From: Felis catus
Taxonomy: Eukaryota
Direction: 5' to 3'
NCBI RefSeq assembly: GCF_018350175.1
Contig: NC_058385.1
Span: 82,770,001-82,834,000, forward strand
Length of the DNA stretch: 64,000 nt
A program made the position numbers and the translations under genes. Every line of letters begins with the position of its first letter. Positions within the stretch are counted from its first letter, which is position 1. This document shows positions 29,201 through 40,499 of the stretch, in pieces. Under the pieces are notes generated by a model, which had not been told where the DNA came from, searched no databases, and saw only the letters and a program-made list of their open reading frames with translations.

Positions 29201-29338
29201 CCCCTGCCGAGGGTGGACATTCGTCCCTTCCCCCCGGCCTGGCCCAGGCCTGCTCGTCCGCTGCCCCCACTGCTCCTGCAGCCTGCTTTACAGCGCTACT
29301 TTCTGCCAGATGACACGAACCCTGACAGCTACAGTTGA
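20241..29338 (+). CDS. WDR97: WD repeat-containing protein 97 (KIAA1875), 24 exons, about 1640 aa
   Basis: Phase-consistent exons: 20241-20370, 20572-20699, 20878-21506, 21646-21767, 21931-22630, 22701-22843, 22932-23168, 23244-23334, 23520-23652, 23749-23870, 24142-24202, 24394-24543, 24646-24903, 24986-25111, 25209-25292, 26593-26721, 26818-27012, 27092-27283, 27371-27568, 27670-27791, 27871-28033, 28368-28912, 28998-29059, 29136-29338 (4923 nt). WD40 motifs: TASRDSTVKVWE, GHTGPVTAV...SASQDGTLRTWD, SSLDCTIRIWT. Synteny fits, and AATAAA lies at 29420-29425. Confidence 0.9.
26245..26320 (-). mobile_element. Can-SINE fragment in WDR97 intron 15
   Basis: cttgaactcacaaccctaagatcaagagtt. Confidence 0.65.
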
Positions 29339-29769
29339 CCAGGCTGGTGGCCCCAGTCTCTTCTTCCCTCCAGCCTGGAGTCAGGAAGCCACTTTGCAGC
29401 CAACTGTTCTCCCCCTAGAAATAAAGTCCAGAGGTCGTGGCCAGAAAACTGGGTGCCACCTTCATCTTTGGGGGCTGCAAGGGTGCACGGGGTGGGGGGG
29501 TCCTGCTTGTGTCTTGTGAATCTCCCAGTGGCCAGCTGCATGTGCAAGGCAGGAGCCAGGGCCACGCTGGAGTCTGGCATGGTCAGCACTTGGGGGGGGG
29601 GGGCGGGGGCTGTCTGCCTGGAAAGGGGCCTATCCCATGCGGGCATGTCCCTGCTCAGGCACTCAGCCAGCGTTTGTCAGTAAATTACTGAGGTCAAGAT
29701 GGGAGTGGGAACTTGTGGGCCAGCAAGTGGCCAGGCATGGAGGGAGTGGGAGGGTCTAGGTGGCCACAG

Positions 29770-29771
<2 letters not shown>

Positions 29772-29821
<50 letters not shown>
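29772..29821. repeat. (GT)25 microsatellite
   Basis: A perfect dinucleotide run. Confidence 0.98.
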
Positions 29822-29823
<2 letters not shown>

Positions 29824-30486
29824 AAGTGTAAGGGAGGGGAGCCTGCAGTTGTTTGCCGGAGGTGAGACCAGAATCTGTTGGTGCCTTGGTTACCCTTGGG
29901 TTGGAAGGGAGAGGAATTGATGGAGTCCCATGTGCTTTATTCAAGAAGCAATAGAGGGACAGCAACCCTTTGGACCCTTCTACCTGAAAATTGTCAGGAG
30001 ACATACCTTGTATGTGAAGTCTCAGAGGGCTCAGAGGGCCTTGGCTTCCTTCTGAGCTGTCGAAAGCTCCCAGGACACTGGTCAGACAACTCGTAGGGCC
30101 CAGGTGTGCACTGGCTGTGGGGTGTGCCTTTGCGAAGGGTCAGTGTAGCTTTTACATCCTTCTTTTGGGCCGTCAAGCAGCAGTTTGTTTCCTGTGAATG
30201 TTTTCAGCCTCCGACTTTAGAAGTTTCTTCTCTATGGCTTTCTGGTTAGAATTTGTCCGCAACCCGCCCGCCCCAGGCCCTGAACTGTGCAGGGGCTCTT
30301 GTTCTGGGGCTGCCAAGAGGGTGGCCCTTTCCTCGCAGAGTAGGGCAAGAAGCCCCAGGACCTTTGTATAAAAAAATCCATGCCAGCTAAGACAAGGACC
30401 AGGAGGCCTAGGGCGGTCTGCTGCTACAGGTGTTTCATGCTTTAAGTTACAAAGCCATTAAATTCTTTTTAAAATACCAACATGAG

Positions 30487-31156
30487 AGAGGCACCTGGCT
30501 GGCTCAGTTGGTAGAGTGTGTGACTCTTGAACTCAGGAGTTCAAGCCCCACATTGGGCATAGAGCTTGAGAAAATAAGTAAAAATAGATATATTTGTAAA
30601 AATACCAACATGAGAGGGTCGTCTAGGTGGCTCAGTCACTTAAGCCTCTGACTCTTGGTTTGGGCTCAGGTCACGATTTCAGTCAGGAGATCAGTGCAAA
30701 GTAGCACAGAGCCTGTTTGGGACTCTCTCTCCCCCTCTCCCCCTCCCCCACTCCCCCACTCCCGTGCCTTCCCACGAACTCTTTTTTTAATGCTTATTTT
30801 TGAGAGAGAGAGAGAGAAGGAGATACCGAATTTGAAGCAGGCTCCAGGCTTTTCTATATCAGCACAGAGCCTGACCTGGGGCTCCAAACCCACAAACCAC
30901 ATGATCATGGCCTGAGCCGCAGTCCGACGATTAACCGACTGAGCCAGCCAGGCGCTCCTCAAAATAAACATTTAAAAAATGAAAATATATCATGACCAGG
31001 TGGAGGTTACGTCAGGAAATACAGGCTGGTCTAACATTAGAAAGTCAACCAGGGGCGCCTTCCTGGCTCAGTCTAAGGAACATGCGACTCTTGGTGCCGG
31101 GGTGTGAGTTCGAGCCCCACACTGGGGGTAGAAATTACTTAAAAAAAAAAAAAAAG
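30487..31156. mobile_element. Can-SINE cluster: + (30487-30600), + (30617-30980) with nested - copy (30783-30959), + (31052-31156)
   Basis: SINE heads and tails are present. The TSD aaaataccaacatgagag flanks the first copy, and the nested antisense copy splits the second before its A tail. Confidence 0.85.
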
Positions 31157-31269
31157 TCAAAGTAGTGGACCATGTGACTCTTCCAGTGAGGATAGAGCTC
31201 TACCCCACCCACGATGGAAGAGGGGCCATGTAATCCGTCAGCTACCACTGGCTGGTTGGTCCCCCTAGG

Positions 31270-32200
31270 ACCGGGGTCACACCACATGCGACGATTCCTT
31301 GCGGGCGCCTCCAGGGCCACCCTCGGCCGCGGCGTGGGGCTGGGGGCGGAGCACGCAGTCCACAACGCGCAGGCCCTCGGTGTGGCTCCGCCTCCGGGCG
31401 CCGGCCCCGCCTCCGCACGCCGACCCAGCCCCGCGCGCGGAGCGGGCAGCCTCCCGACTGGTGGCTGCGGCTTCCGTTCCTCTGACGGGCCGGGTCTCAG
31501 CCCGGGTGGCGGCTGGGGTGATCCGCGCGGGCATGGAGGAGGCCAGGACTGGCGCGGGCGCGTTGGCTAGTGGGCTAGCTTCCGCAGGGTCGCCGATGCC
31601 GGAGGCCGGCCTGGAGGCGGAGGTGGCGAAGCTGCTGCCCTTCCTGGCGCCCGGGGCGCGGGCGGACCTGCAGGCGGAGGCGGCGCGGCACGTGCTGGAG
31701 CTGACCGGCTCCGGGCCCGGTCGGACGCTGCTGGCCGGCCAGGCGGCTCTGCTGCGGGCGCTGGTCGAGCTGGCCGCGGCCCCGGCCCCGGCCCCGGCGC
31801 GCGACGCCGCTCGCGCCCTCGTCAACCTCGCTGCCGAGCCCGGCCTGCACGAGCCGTTGCTGCAGGCCGAGCCCGAGCTGCCTGCCCGCCTGCTGGGCCG
31901 CGCGTTGGATCCACAGTGGCCCTGGGCCGAGGAGGCGGCCGCCGTGCTGGCCAACCTCAGCCGAGAGCCCGCGCCGTGTGCCGCGCTGATGGCAGCGCTG
32001 GAGGTCGCGGAGCCGGGGGAGTCAGGCCTGGGGCGGCTGGTGCGCGCGCTGTGCACGCCTGGCTACAACGCCCGCGCGCCCCTGCATTACCTGGGGCCAA
32101 TGCTCTCCAACCTCAGCCAGCGTCCCGCGGCGCGCGCCTTCCTGCTGGACCCCGACAGGTGAAGCCCGGGGCTCCCGCGGGGAGGGGGTGGAGGTGAACA
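31270..32200 (+). promoter_or_regulatory. HGH1: HGH1 CpG island (promoter and exon 1)
   Basis: High CpG density and GC boxes upstream of ATG 31533. Confidence 0.8.
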
Positions 32201-33309
32201 GGGATGGCACTGAGCGATCCCTTCCTTCAGGTGCGTGGTCCAGCGGCTGCTGCCCCTTACCCAATTCCCAGACTCCTCCGTGCGCAGGGGCGGGGTGGTG
32301 GGGACTCTCCGAAACTGCTGCTTCGAGCATCGTGAGTAGGGGTGGGGGTGTGGCGTTTGGGGGGATGAGACGGAGAGATGGCTTTGGGGCCCCGCTAGAC
32401 TGACCCCCGTTCCTGTTCCCCCTCCCCCCCAGGACACCACGAGTGGTTGCTTGGGCCCGAGGTGGACATTCTCCCTTTCTTGCTGCTGCCCCTGGCTGGC
32501 CCCGAGGACTTCTCCGAGGAGGAGATGGAGCGTGAGTGGCTTGGGCGGAGCCTCAGGGTTCGCTGGGCAGAAGGGGACGCCAGTGGGGGGGGGGGGCGGG
32601 GGGAGGGGGAGAAGATGCCCAGGGCTTGACCTGGCTGAAACCTTCCAGCCAGGGAGTTGCTGAGCACGAATGGGGCTTACCCAGGTTGGGTCCGGCCTGA
32701 TGCCTGGTGCTGGCACCCAGTGGCTCGCACACACACCCCTAGGGCTGCCTGTTGACCTGCAGTACCTGCCGCCAGACAAGCAGAGGGAGCCTGATGCCGA
32801 CATCCGAAAGATGCTCATTGAAGCCATCATGCTGGTGAGCAGAGGCCCTGCTGTATTCATGCCGGCTCCTAACATGCCACACACGCGCGGCACCCTCATA
32901 TCTGGATAACCTTTGCCCTCTCTCAGCTGACAGCCACAGCACCTGGTCGGCAGCAGGTGAGGAACCAGGGAGCCTACCTGATCCTGCGTGAGCTACACAG
33001 CTGGGAGCCGGAGCCCGACGTGCGGGTGGCCTGCGAGAAACTCATTCAGGTGGGTGCGGGGTTGGTGGGGAAGGGGGCGGGATGTCCGGGGTGCGCCAGC
33101 CCCAGCTGCTCACCGGCCTCCCCTGCTGGCAGGTGCTCATTGGGGATGAGCCAGAGCAGGGCATGGAAAACCTCCTGGAGGTGCAGGTGCCTGAAGACGT
33201 GGAGCAGCAGCTGCGGCGGCTGGACCGCCAGGAGCAGGAACAGCACACCCGGGAGCGGTCAGAGGAGCTGGCTCCGGAGCCACGAGCTGGAGGGGCTACA
33301 CCCACCTGA
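31533..33309 (+). CDS. HGH1: HGH1 homolog (FAM203A; eEF2 co-chaperone, ARM-like), about 405 aa
   Basis: Exons 31533-32158, 32231-32331, 32433-32531, 32743-32834, 32927-33049 and 33133-33309 total 1218 nt. Motifs: KLLPFLAPGARADLQ, RRGGVVGTLRNCCF, LQYLPPDKQREPD and YLILRELHSWE. The likely AATAAA lies at 34495-34500. Confidence 0.95.
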
Positions 33310-34588
33310 GCTCCGGGCCTTCCCGCAGCCAGCTGTGGGCCTCTGGGTCTCCTTGCTCAGAGGTTGTTCCCTGCCGAGAGGTCTCTAGGGTGAATGTCCA
33401 GTACGCCTGGGAGGGCGAGGGGACCTCTTTGTGCCCCGTGACTTCCAGCAACTCCGGTTGCTTGGAGCAGCGCTGGTCAGTCAGAGCTAGCCGTGCTCCA
33501 GGACTCTCAGGTGCCTCCAGGAAGATGGCTCACGGGCGGGACGGATAAACAGTGCAAGCCTGAGCAGCCCCGAGGGCACTGTGGGGGTCTGTGCATCGGT
33601 GGGCGTCCAGGTATAAGCAGTGCCCTTTGCTGCCAGGCCCACCCCAAGTCCTCTATTCTGGGGTCCTCAACGTGCCCTGCCTGAGACCCAGCCTCAAAGG
33701 ACTGACCTCGTGAGACTTTCAGCATCAGTCTGTCCCGGGATCTCCTAGGGCTGTGACCCCCTGGTCTGTCCTTGGAGCGCTTGCTGGGCGCTGTGTTCCC
33801 ATCATTCTCTCCACCTTCCTGCTTGACCTGTGCCCCAGGACGGCCCTCAGCCCCTTGCTGTCTTCTCTGGCCCGCCCTGCTGTGACGTACTTGCTGTCCG
33901 CTCTGATCGGGCCCTGTCCTTGGAAGGCTCTCTTGAGCGTCCGAGCCCTTTGCCTGACACACTCAGAGTGTCTCTGTGATGTGCCTGCATCCTCGCTCCT
34001 AAGCAGACCTCTCCCCTTCCCGCCCTTTGTCACCTTGGAGCCTCCTATGGGCCCAAGAACCTTGTCCTTCCCCAGCTCCTTGTGTGGTCCCTCAGTTCTA
34101 AAACTGCCACACCAGGCCTGGCAGGGGGTCAGTGTGGCCCTCCCCCTGCCGCGCTCCTTTCCCAGGGCCATCTTTGGCACAGGATTCCAGAGTCCTGGCC
34201 TTCCCAGGCCCCTTGCACTCTGGCACTGGAGTGCGGCTGCCGCGAGAGCTCCCAGCACCCCCCACTCCGCGTGTCCTCAGTCCTGGCACTGCCTGCAAAG
34301 CTGGGGGTCCACTCCGGTTCCTCCCGTTGAGGCCGGTCGCTTCGCGGGTACGAGGTATCTCTTTCCTCTCTGGTACTCTCTGTAGTTTTCCTCTCCTCCC
34401 AACTAAAAACGTGGCGCGGAGGTGTGTTCTCCCGGGATGGTTCCCCGTGGCTGGTTGCCCTTCCTGCACAGAGACATCCACATCCCCTCCGCAAAATAAA
34501 CGCTTTATCTGGCCTCGCCTCTGCCCACCCATGCCAGGTAGTGCCCAGGCGTGGTCCTGATGGCAGATGTGGAGCTCCGCGATAGGAG

Positions 34589-37210
34589 CTACCTGGAGGC
34601 GCCTACCCCCAGGCTGGCTGTCCTCGCGCTCCAGAGCCCCAGCTGGGCAGAGCCTGCACCTCTTGGGTCGGCCTCTGCGGCCCAGGCGGAGGCCCGGAAG
34701 CAGTGCCGGGGGCGCCGCCTCGGAGGCTCCGAGTCTCTGCCGGGCTCCGAGTGCTCAAGCTTAGCTGGCTTCTCCGCAACTGACAGCAGTGGGGGATCAG
34801 GAGGGGCGCCGAGGGGCCAGCCACCTGCCCACACCCCCTTCCCAGGGCCCCCACCCTACCTGGCGGCATCCTGAGCGTGGTGCCAGAGAGCGCGTGCGTG
34901 GCGGGCAGCATCCAGCAGTGCGCGGCCAGCTGCTGCAGGCCCAGGCGCGCACACGGGCGAAGCTGCAGCAGGCCCCGGATCAGGTCCCGGCACTCTGTGG
35001 GTGAGGGCTCACAGCTGTGGCCTCCCACTGCCCACTCTCTTCCCCCCCAGCTGCGTCCATCACCATCAACCACGCTGGCAGCGTAGAGGAGTCAGCCCAT
35101 TCGGACCCCCCAAATGCCCGGAGGGAGTCAGTGCTTCACCATCGTGAGATCAGGGCACGGAGAGGGAGGGCAGCGTGCCCTGGGCTGGTGCAGAGCTCGG
35201 TGGGGCCGCTGCCTTTCCAGGCAAGGAGTCTGAATCGGGGCGTCCCCTAGCCCAGCTTCCCTGTCCCCTGGTTGCTGTGGTCCATTTACCAGCCTGGGTT
35301 GGGGGTGGGGTGCCAGGTCAGTCTCCCATGCCACTCCCTCCACGCAGCATGACCCTTCTCTGGACCCAGGTCTCTCTTGCCTACTTTCCAGGCCCGTGCT
35401 GGGGCTCGGGAGGGACACAGGGTGTCCTCATTCACCTGGGGACATGCCCAGCCTGAAGATGGGGCCATGGTGCATCAGGTGCAGCATGCGGTGGGTCTGG
35501 TGCTCCTTGAAGGGCAGCTTCCCGGTCACCATGGCATAAAGGATGATGCCCCTGGGGGCACAGGCTCCTCAGGGCGTGCCCCCTCCCCTGCCCTCCCGCG
35601 GGTCCTGCCTACGATGGGGTGCCTGCGGGCGCCACTCACAGGCTCCACAGGTCAGCCTGCTCCCCATTGTACTTGCTCATGAGGATCTCCGGGGCTGTAT
35701 AGGCCACGGAGCCACAGAAGGTGCTCGGCAGCGAGCTCTTGAGGCCCCAATGGCTGGCGAAGCCAAAGTCTTTGCAGTGGGGAAGGGGTGGGGTGGGGTG
35801 GGGGTTGGGCACAGGGCAGGCAGTCCCCCAGGTGAGGAGCAGGAGGGCGAGAGAGCGAGGGCTCGGGCGGGATGACTGGGGGGCAGACGTGGCGTGTGTA
35901 GGTTTCTGCAAGTGCAGCTGTGGGCAGGGGTGGGGCTGGGCCTCCTGGGAGGGTGGAGGGTCCAGCTGGGTCACGAGTCAGGATAATCTAGGGAAGAGGG
36001 TAGGGGCTGGGCCAAAGGCTCACAGGTCAGCTTTAGGAGGCCTCGGTCATCTAGGAGGGTATTCTCGCACTTTAGATCCCTGCATGGGGAAGGGGAAGAG
36101 GTGCTGGTCCTGGGCTCAGATGGGTGGCCTCTTGATGCGGGTGTGGGAGCAGGCTGCGAGGGCGGCAGCGCCCTCACCGATGCACAATGCCGGAGCTGCG
36201 GCAGTGGGCCACGGCACTGACGAGCTGCCAGAACAGTCTGCGGGCCTCCTCCTCATCCAGCCCCGGGCTGCAGCGGCGTTCCGACACCCAGTTGATGTGT
36301 TCCAACAGGTCGCCGCGGGCTGCCAGCTCCAGCACCAAGTAGGAGCGCTGGCTGTTCTGGTAGGTCTCGTACAGCTGCACCTGCCGGGCCCCCACCCACC
36401 TGCTGTCACCCAAGGAGGGGCTGTCCGGTGCATTGGATCAGGGTCTCGGGATGGGGCTGAGCCCCAAGCAGAGGGGTCCTGGGTGGAAGAGGGGTTGGGC
36501 CTGGGCAGCTGGAATGGTGACGGCTGGCAGCGGGGGATGGGCAGGACGGGCACAGGCTGGGTCGGGGCCTCTGCCTACCACATTCAGGTGCTTATAGGTA
36601 GCATTGAGTGATGATATTTCACGAGGCAGGAACTTTTGGGAAAACTCCACAGGGGCCTCGGCAGTGGAGATGATCTTGATAGCCACCCGCAGGGGTGGGG
36701 GGTGGCCGTTGTGTGTAGACCACAGCCCCTGGAGGGGGACACGGACAGGCCCCATGTCCTTTGTGCACATTGCCAAGCTTGGCTGGGGTGAGGTTGGGAA
36801 GCAGCACCCTCGGGGGGCAGTGTTGGCCTTCCCCTTCTTTCCTGGCACTGATGTGCTCAAGGGGTTCTGGAACTGGGAGTAGCCAGCTTGCAGGAGCCTT
36901 GGCCTCCAGAGAGGATGCCAGATCAGCAGGAAGGTGCCTCAGCGGGGTTAGGACAGGGCCCACTGGGGCTGGGCTAGAGGGCGGTGGCCGAGCCTGCTGC
37001 CCACCTCACCATGGCATGGTGCTTGCCCCGCGGGTCGGAGGCCAGCTTGGCGTGCTGCATGCGCTCACATGTGGCACAGGCCAGGTAGACTTTGGAGAAG
37101 GCCCCAGAGCCAATCTTCCTGGAAGAGAGCAGGTAGCCATTGTCCCTGCATTCACGCACCTGCTCCATGAAGTTTCGCTGGCCCAGCTTTCGCCTGGCAC
37201 TGCCCTTCAC
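34589..37210 (-). pseudogene. TSSK5: Testis-specific serine kinase 5 ortholog; frame intact but with inactivating lesions (pseudogene or pseudokinase)
   Basis: Exons 37210-37010, 36686-36579, 36380-36178, 36079-36024, 35769-35640, 35551-35436, 34994-34860 and 34779-34589. Kinase motifs: IGSGAFSKV, VAIK, KFLPRE, HRDLKCEN and STFCGSVAYTAPE. Lesions: GTG at the ancestral start, GG acceptor at 36688-36687, and DFG splicing to YFG. Confidence 0.85.
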
Positions 37211-39069
37211 GGAGGGCAGGGTGCCATGGAAGGGGGCAGGGCGGTCCAACTCACTGCAGGGAGTTGGGGTCAGGGAGCAGGGCTGAGGCCTGACTTGTGT
37301 CAGATGGGCTAGGGCGACAGGGCTGGAGGAGGCTGATGGGACCGGGGCAGAGGCCAGGCAGTGACCAGGGCTGAGAGCTCAGGGTGGGAGGCTAACACAG
37401 CCGTGGACTGGTGTGGGGCAGGGCAGACTCTGGGAAAGCAGGGGCAGATTCTAGAATGGAGGGTTCTAGAGCTGCCCCTGCATTGTGCCCTCAAAGAGGG
37501 GTGTCCTTCTCTCCCCCAGGACCTGCCTTCCCTGAGAACGTCTTGCTGGAACCAACCTTGTCCCCTGTAGGGCCCACTCTTTGTGGGGTGAGAATCCTCG
37601 AGGCACGGTGAGGCCTCGATGGGCCATCTGAAATGTGACTGGCCACAGGGACCTTTAAAGAAGCTTGTGGGGAGCATGTGGGGAGGGTAGCCACAGGAAG
37701 GCAAGCAGGGTCTCTAAGGACATCAAGAAAGAAAAGGAAGCACAACACACACTAGCAACTGTTTCAGCGAAGCCCCCTCATGCTTTGAGAGGGTACCAAG
37801 GTGGCAGCCAGGCGGGCTGCCAGAGAGGCTGAGCCAGAAGGGCATTGGGTGGGAGCCCTCTGGCTTTCTTCTGCTGTGGCCTAGAAGCTTCTCTCACCCA
37901 GGCCAAGGTCTACTGCAAGAGGCCTTGCCCCAGAGCTCTCTGGAGACTTGGACACATCCCCAAGGCAAGCAACAGTCCCTGGTCTGAGCCCCCACCTCAA
38001 ACCCTCCAGCTCTAGGACACAGTAGCCAACGTGGTCGGCCCTTCTTCCCCTGGCCTCCAGAGTCTTCTCTGGGCACCGTTGCCCTGGGCAGTAGCAGCTA
38101 ATGTTCCTGAGCACCTGCCTTATGCCAGGCACTGCCCTAAGGAGTCACAGGAGCTGTGGCTGCCACCTCCCTCAGCCCTGCTTACTGTTCACAGGCCGTG
38201 CCCAACATGCCCCATCCCATGGTAGGCGTTCACATCCGGGGGCTCAAACCGGATCACCACCAAGTGATTCCTGTTTTACGGGTGACAGTTTGGGCAGTGG
38301 AGGTTCAAACGTGCAGCCTTTCTGCTCTGAGCTAGAGGGCACAGTGCTATGGGCTGCTGTCCTGGAGACAGCAGGAGAGCCTGGGTCTTGGTGGAGGGCT
38401 TGGTGAATCTGTGGACTTGACTTGTGCCCCACCGGGATCCACAGCGGTCACAGTGTGCCTGTTGCAGTGAAGGCCTGGGGACGCCCTGGTAGGACGGACC
38501 CATTTTCTTATCCCTGTTGGACCAGAGCCGCCTTAGAGTAGGCTTCTGCTTAATATTCCCTTGCCCACCCACCGCCCTTGTTTGGCAAGTTGCCTGCGAC
38601 ATGGAAAATGGGCAGACTAACAGGTTCCTTGCTGACGGAGGGGGTAGGAAAGAGAAATGGCTCCTGGTTTCAAGCAGAGGGGCTGTTATTCAGGCGTTAG
38701 GTGTTAGCAAAAGGGAAAACCGTGTGGCTCTGGCCAGGGGTGTCTGTGCCTCTGAGTTGCTTCCGTGGAGCCGGGGAACCATGCCCCTCTTAGCTTCCCA
38801 ACTCCCATCAGTGCCAGAACACAACTGGAAGCCAGTGAGAATTGTGAGGAGACAGGCAGGACCCCGCTCTATCCACCCTCCCTTTGCAAAGTCTTTCTTG
38901 CCCTCCCCTCTCTGTACCCTCAGTCATTCATCAATTCTATGAAATTTATTGAGCACCCATCATGTGCCTGGCTTGGTGCTCAGCACTTGGGAGCAAGTCA
39001 CAGACATGGGCGTTTCTCTCATAGAACTTCCAGTTGTAGAAAGGAGATTGGCATTAATGTAGGAAAGCT

Positions 39070-39530
39070 GGAGTGCCTGGGTGGCTCCTTCCGTTAAGCA
39101 TCTGACTTCAGCTCAGGTCATGATCCACGGCTGGTAGGTTCGAGCCCTGCTTCAGGCTCTGTGCTGACAGCTCGGAGCCCGGAGCCTGCTTCGGATTCTG
39201 CGTCTCCCTCTCTCTCTGCCCATTCCCTGCTCGCACTCTGTCTCTCTCAAAAATAAACATTAAAAATATATGTAACGTGGGGCGCCTGGGTGGCTCAGTC
39301 GGTTAAGCGTCCGACTTCAGCTCAGGTCATGATCTCACAGTTACTGAGTTCGAGGCCTGTGTCGGTCTATGTGCTGACAGCTCAGAGCCTGGACCCTGCT
39401 CTGACCCAGCTCAGAGCCTGGACCCTGCTTTGGATTCTGTGTCTCCCTCTCCTCTCTCTGTCCCTCCCCCACTAGTGCTCTGTCTCTCTCTCTCTCAAAA
39501 ATAAACATTAATTTTTTTTAAATATATATA
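39070..39530 (+). mobile_element. Two tandem Can-SINEs (39070-39265, 39279-39530)
   Basis: Two heads. The second is flanked by the TSD atatatgtaacgt and has an internal 23-bp duplication (39378-39400 and 39407-39429). Confidence 0.9.
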
Positions 39531-40499
39531 TGTAACGTAATAAAGTCAAATGACAGCTGTGATGTGTGCTGGGACAGCCTGTGCCCTTGGGGCGTGAAGT
39601 CTGGCTGAGGCTGGGGAGGGGGGCAGAGCCAGAGGGCCATGCTGGGCACTGGCCATGGGGTGCTGAGGCAGGGCTTGGTAAGGAAAGCGAGTCCTCCAGA
39701 TGTGAGCTTCCAAAAGGCCTGCCTCCTGCACTGCCCTAGCAACTTCTAGATGCTGTGGTCAGCCGCTCCCCCTTTCACCCAGTGACGGGCTGGAGTGGTT
39801 AGTGCTCTTCCTGAGGAGCCAGCCCCCCTCTGCAGAGCACCTCACCTCACCATCAGCCTTCTGGATTCTGTCCCTGTCTTTTGGGTTCCATCCCTGCAAC
39901 AGAGCAAACTGAATGCCTTCTCTCTTTGGACAAAGAATGTCCCTCCCTGCACTGTTCAGCAGCCACCCTGCCCCAGTGTGTGCAGCAGGGCCCCTACTTT
40001 GCACCCCACACCATCACCCACAGCTCTCTGCAGACACAACCTGCTGCAAGATGAAGACATTTGTTGGGCCCTGGATGTTGTGCTGTTGGCCACTTCCTTC
40101 TCAAGTCGTTCTTCTCACTTTCTGAGCTTCTGGAACGCCACTCTTTTTTTTTTTTGGTTAGACAAGTCTACATGATTTCAGCCTTTGAGGGTGTGCAGGT
40201 GCCAGTGTCCCTGCCTGGGGTGCAGCTCTCTCCCAGCTTCTTCCCTTCTGAGTCCGAACACACCTCCTTCCACCTGCCAGCTGCGCCGCCTCACAGTGCT
40301 TGGTGTGTCTTGTTTGCTTATCACCTATCTGCTCTTCTCTCCAGAGCCCCGGGTCCCCAATGCAGAGACCTGCTCATCTCGTTGGCCGACTAAACGTGCA
40401 TCTATCTGTTCGCGGAGGAGTCGGCGGCCCCGGGGTCTCTGGATATTTGTTGCGTGTTCAGTGGGTGCATTCCTGTGTGAGAGATAATAGGGCACGATA

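Noticed and set aside
35721-36611. 296-aa + strand ORF antisense to TSSK5
   Set aside because: It has no ATG start or domain and is a shadow ORF across exons and introns.
37752-37759. RFX half-site upstream of TSSK5
   Set aside because: Only a half-site, about 0.5 kb from the start, and likely to occur by chance.
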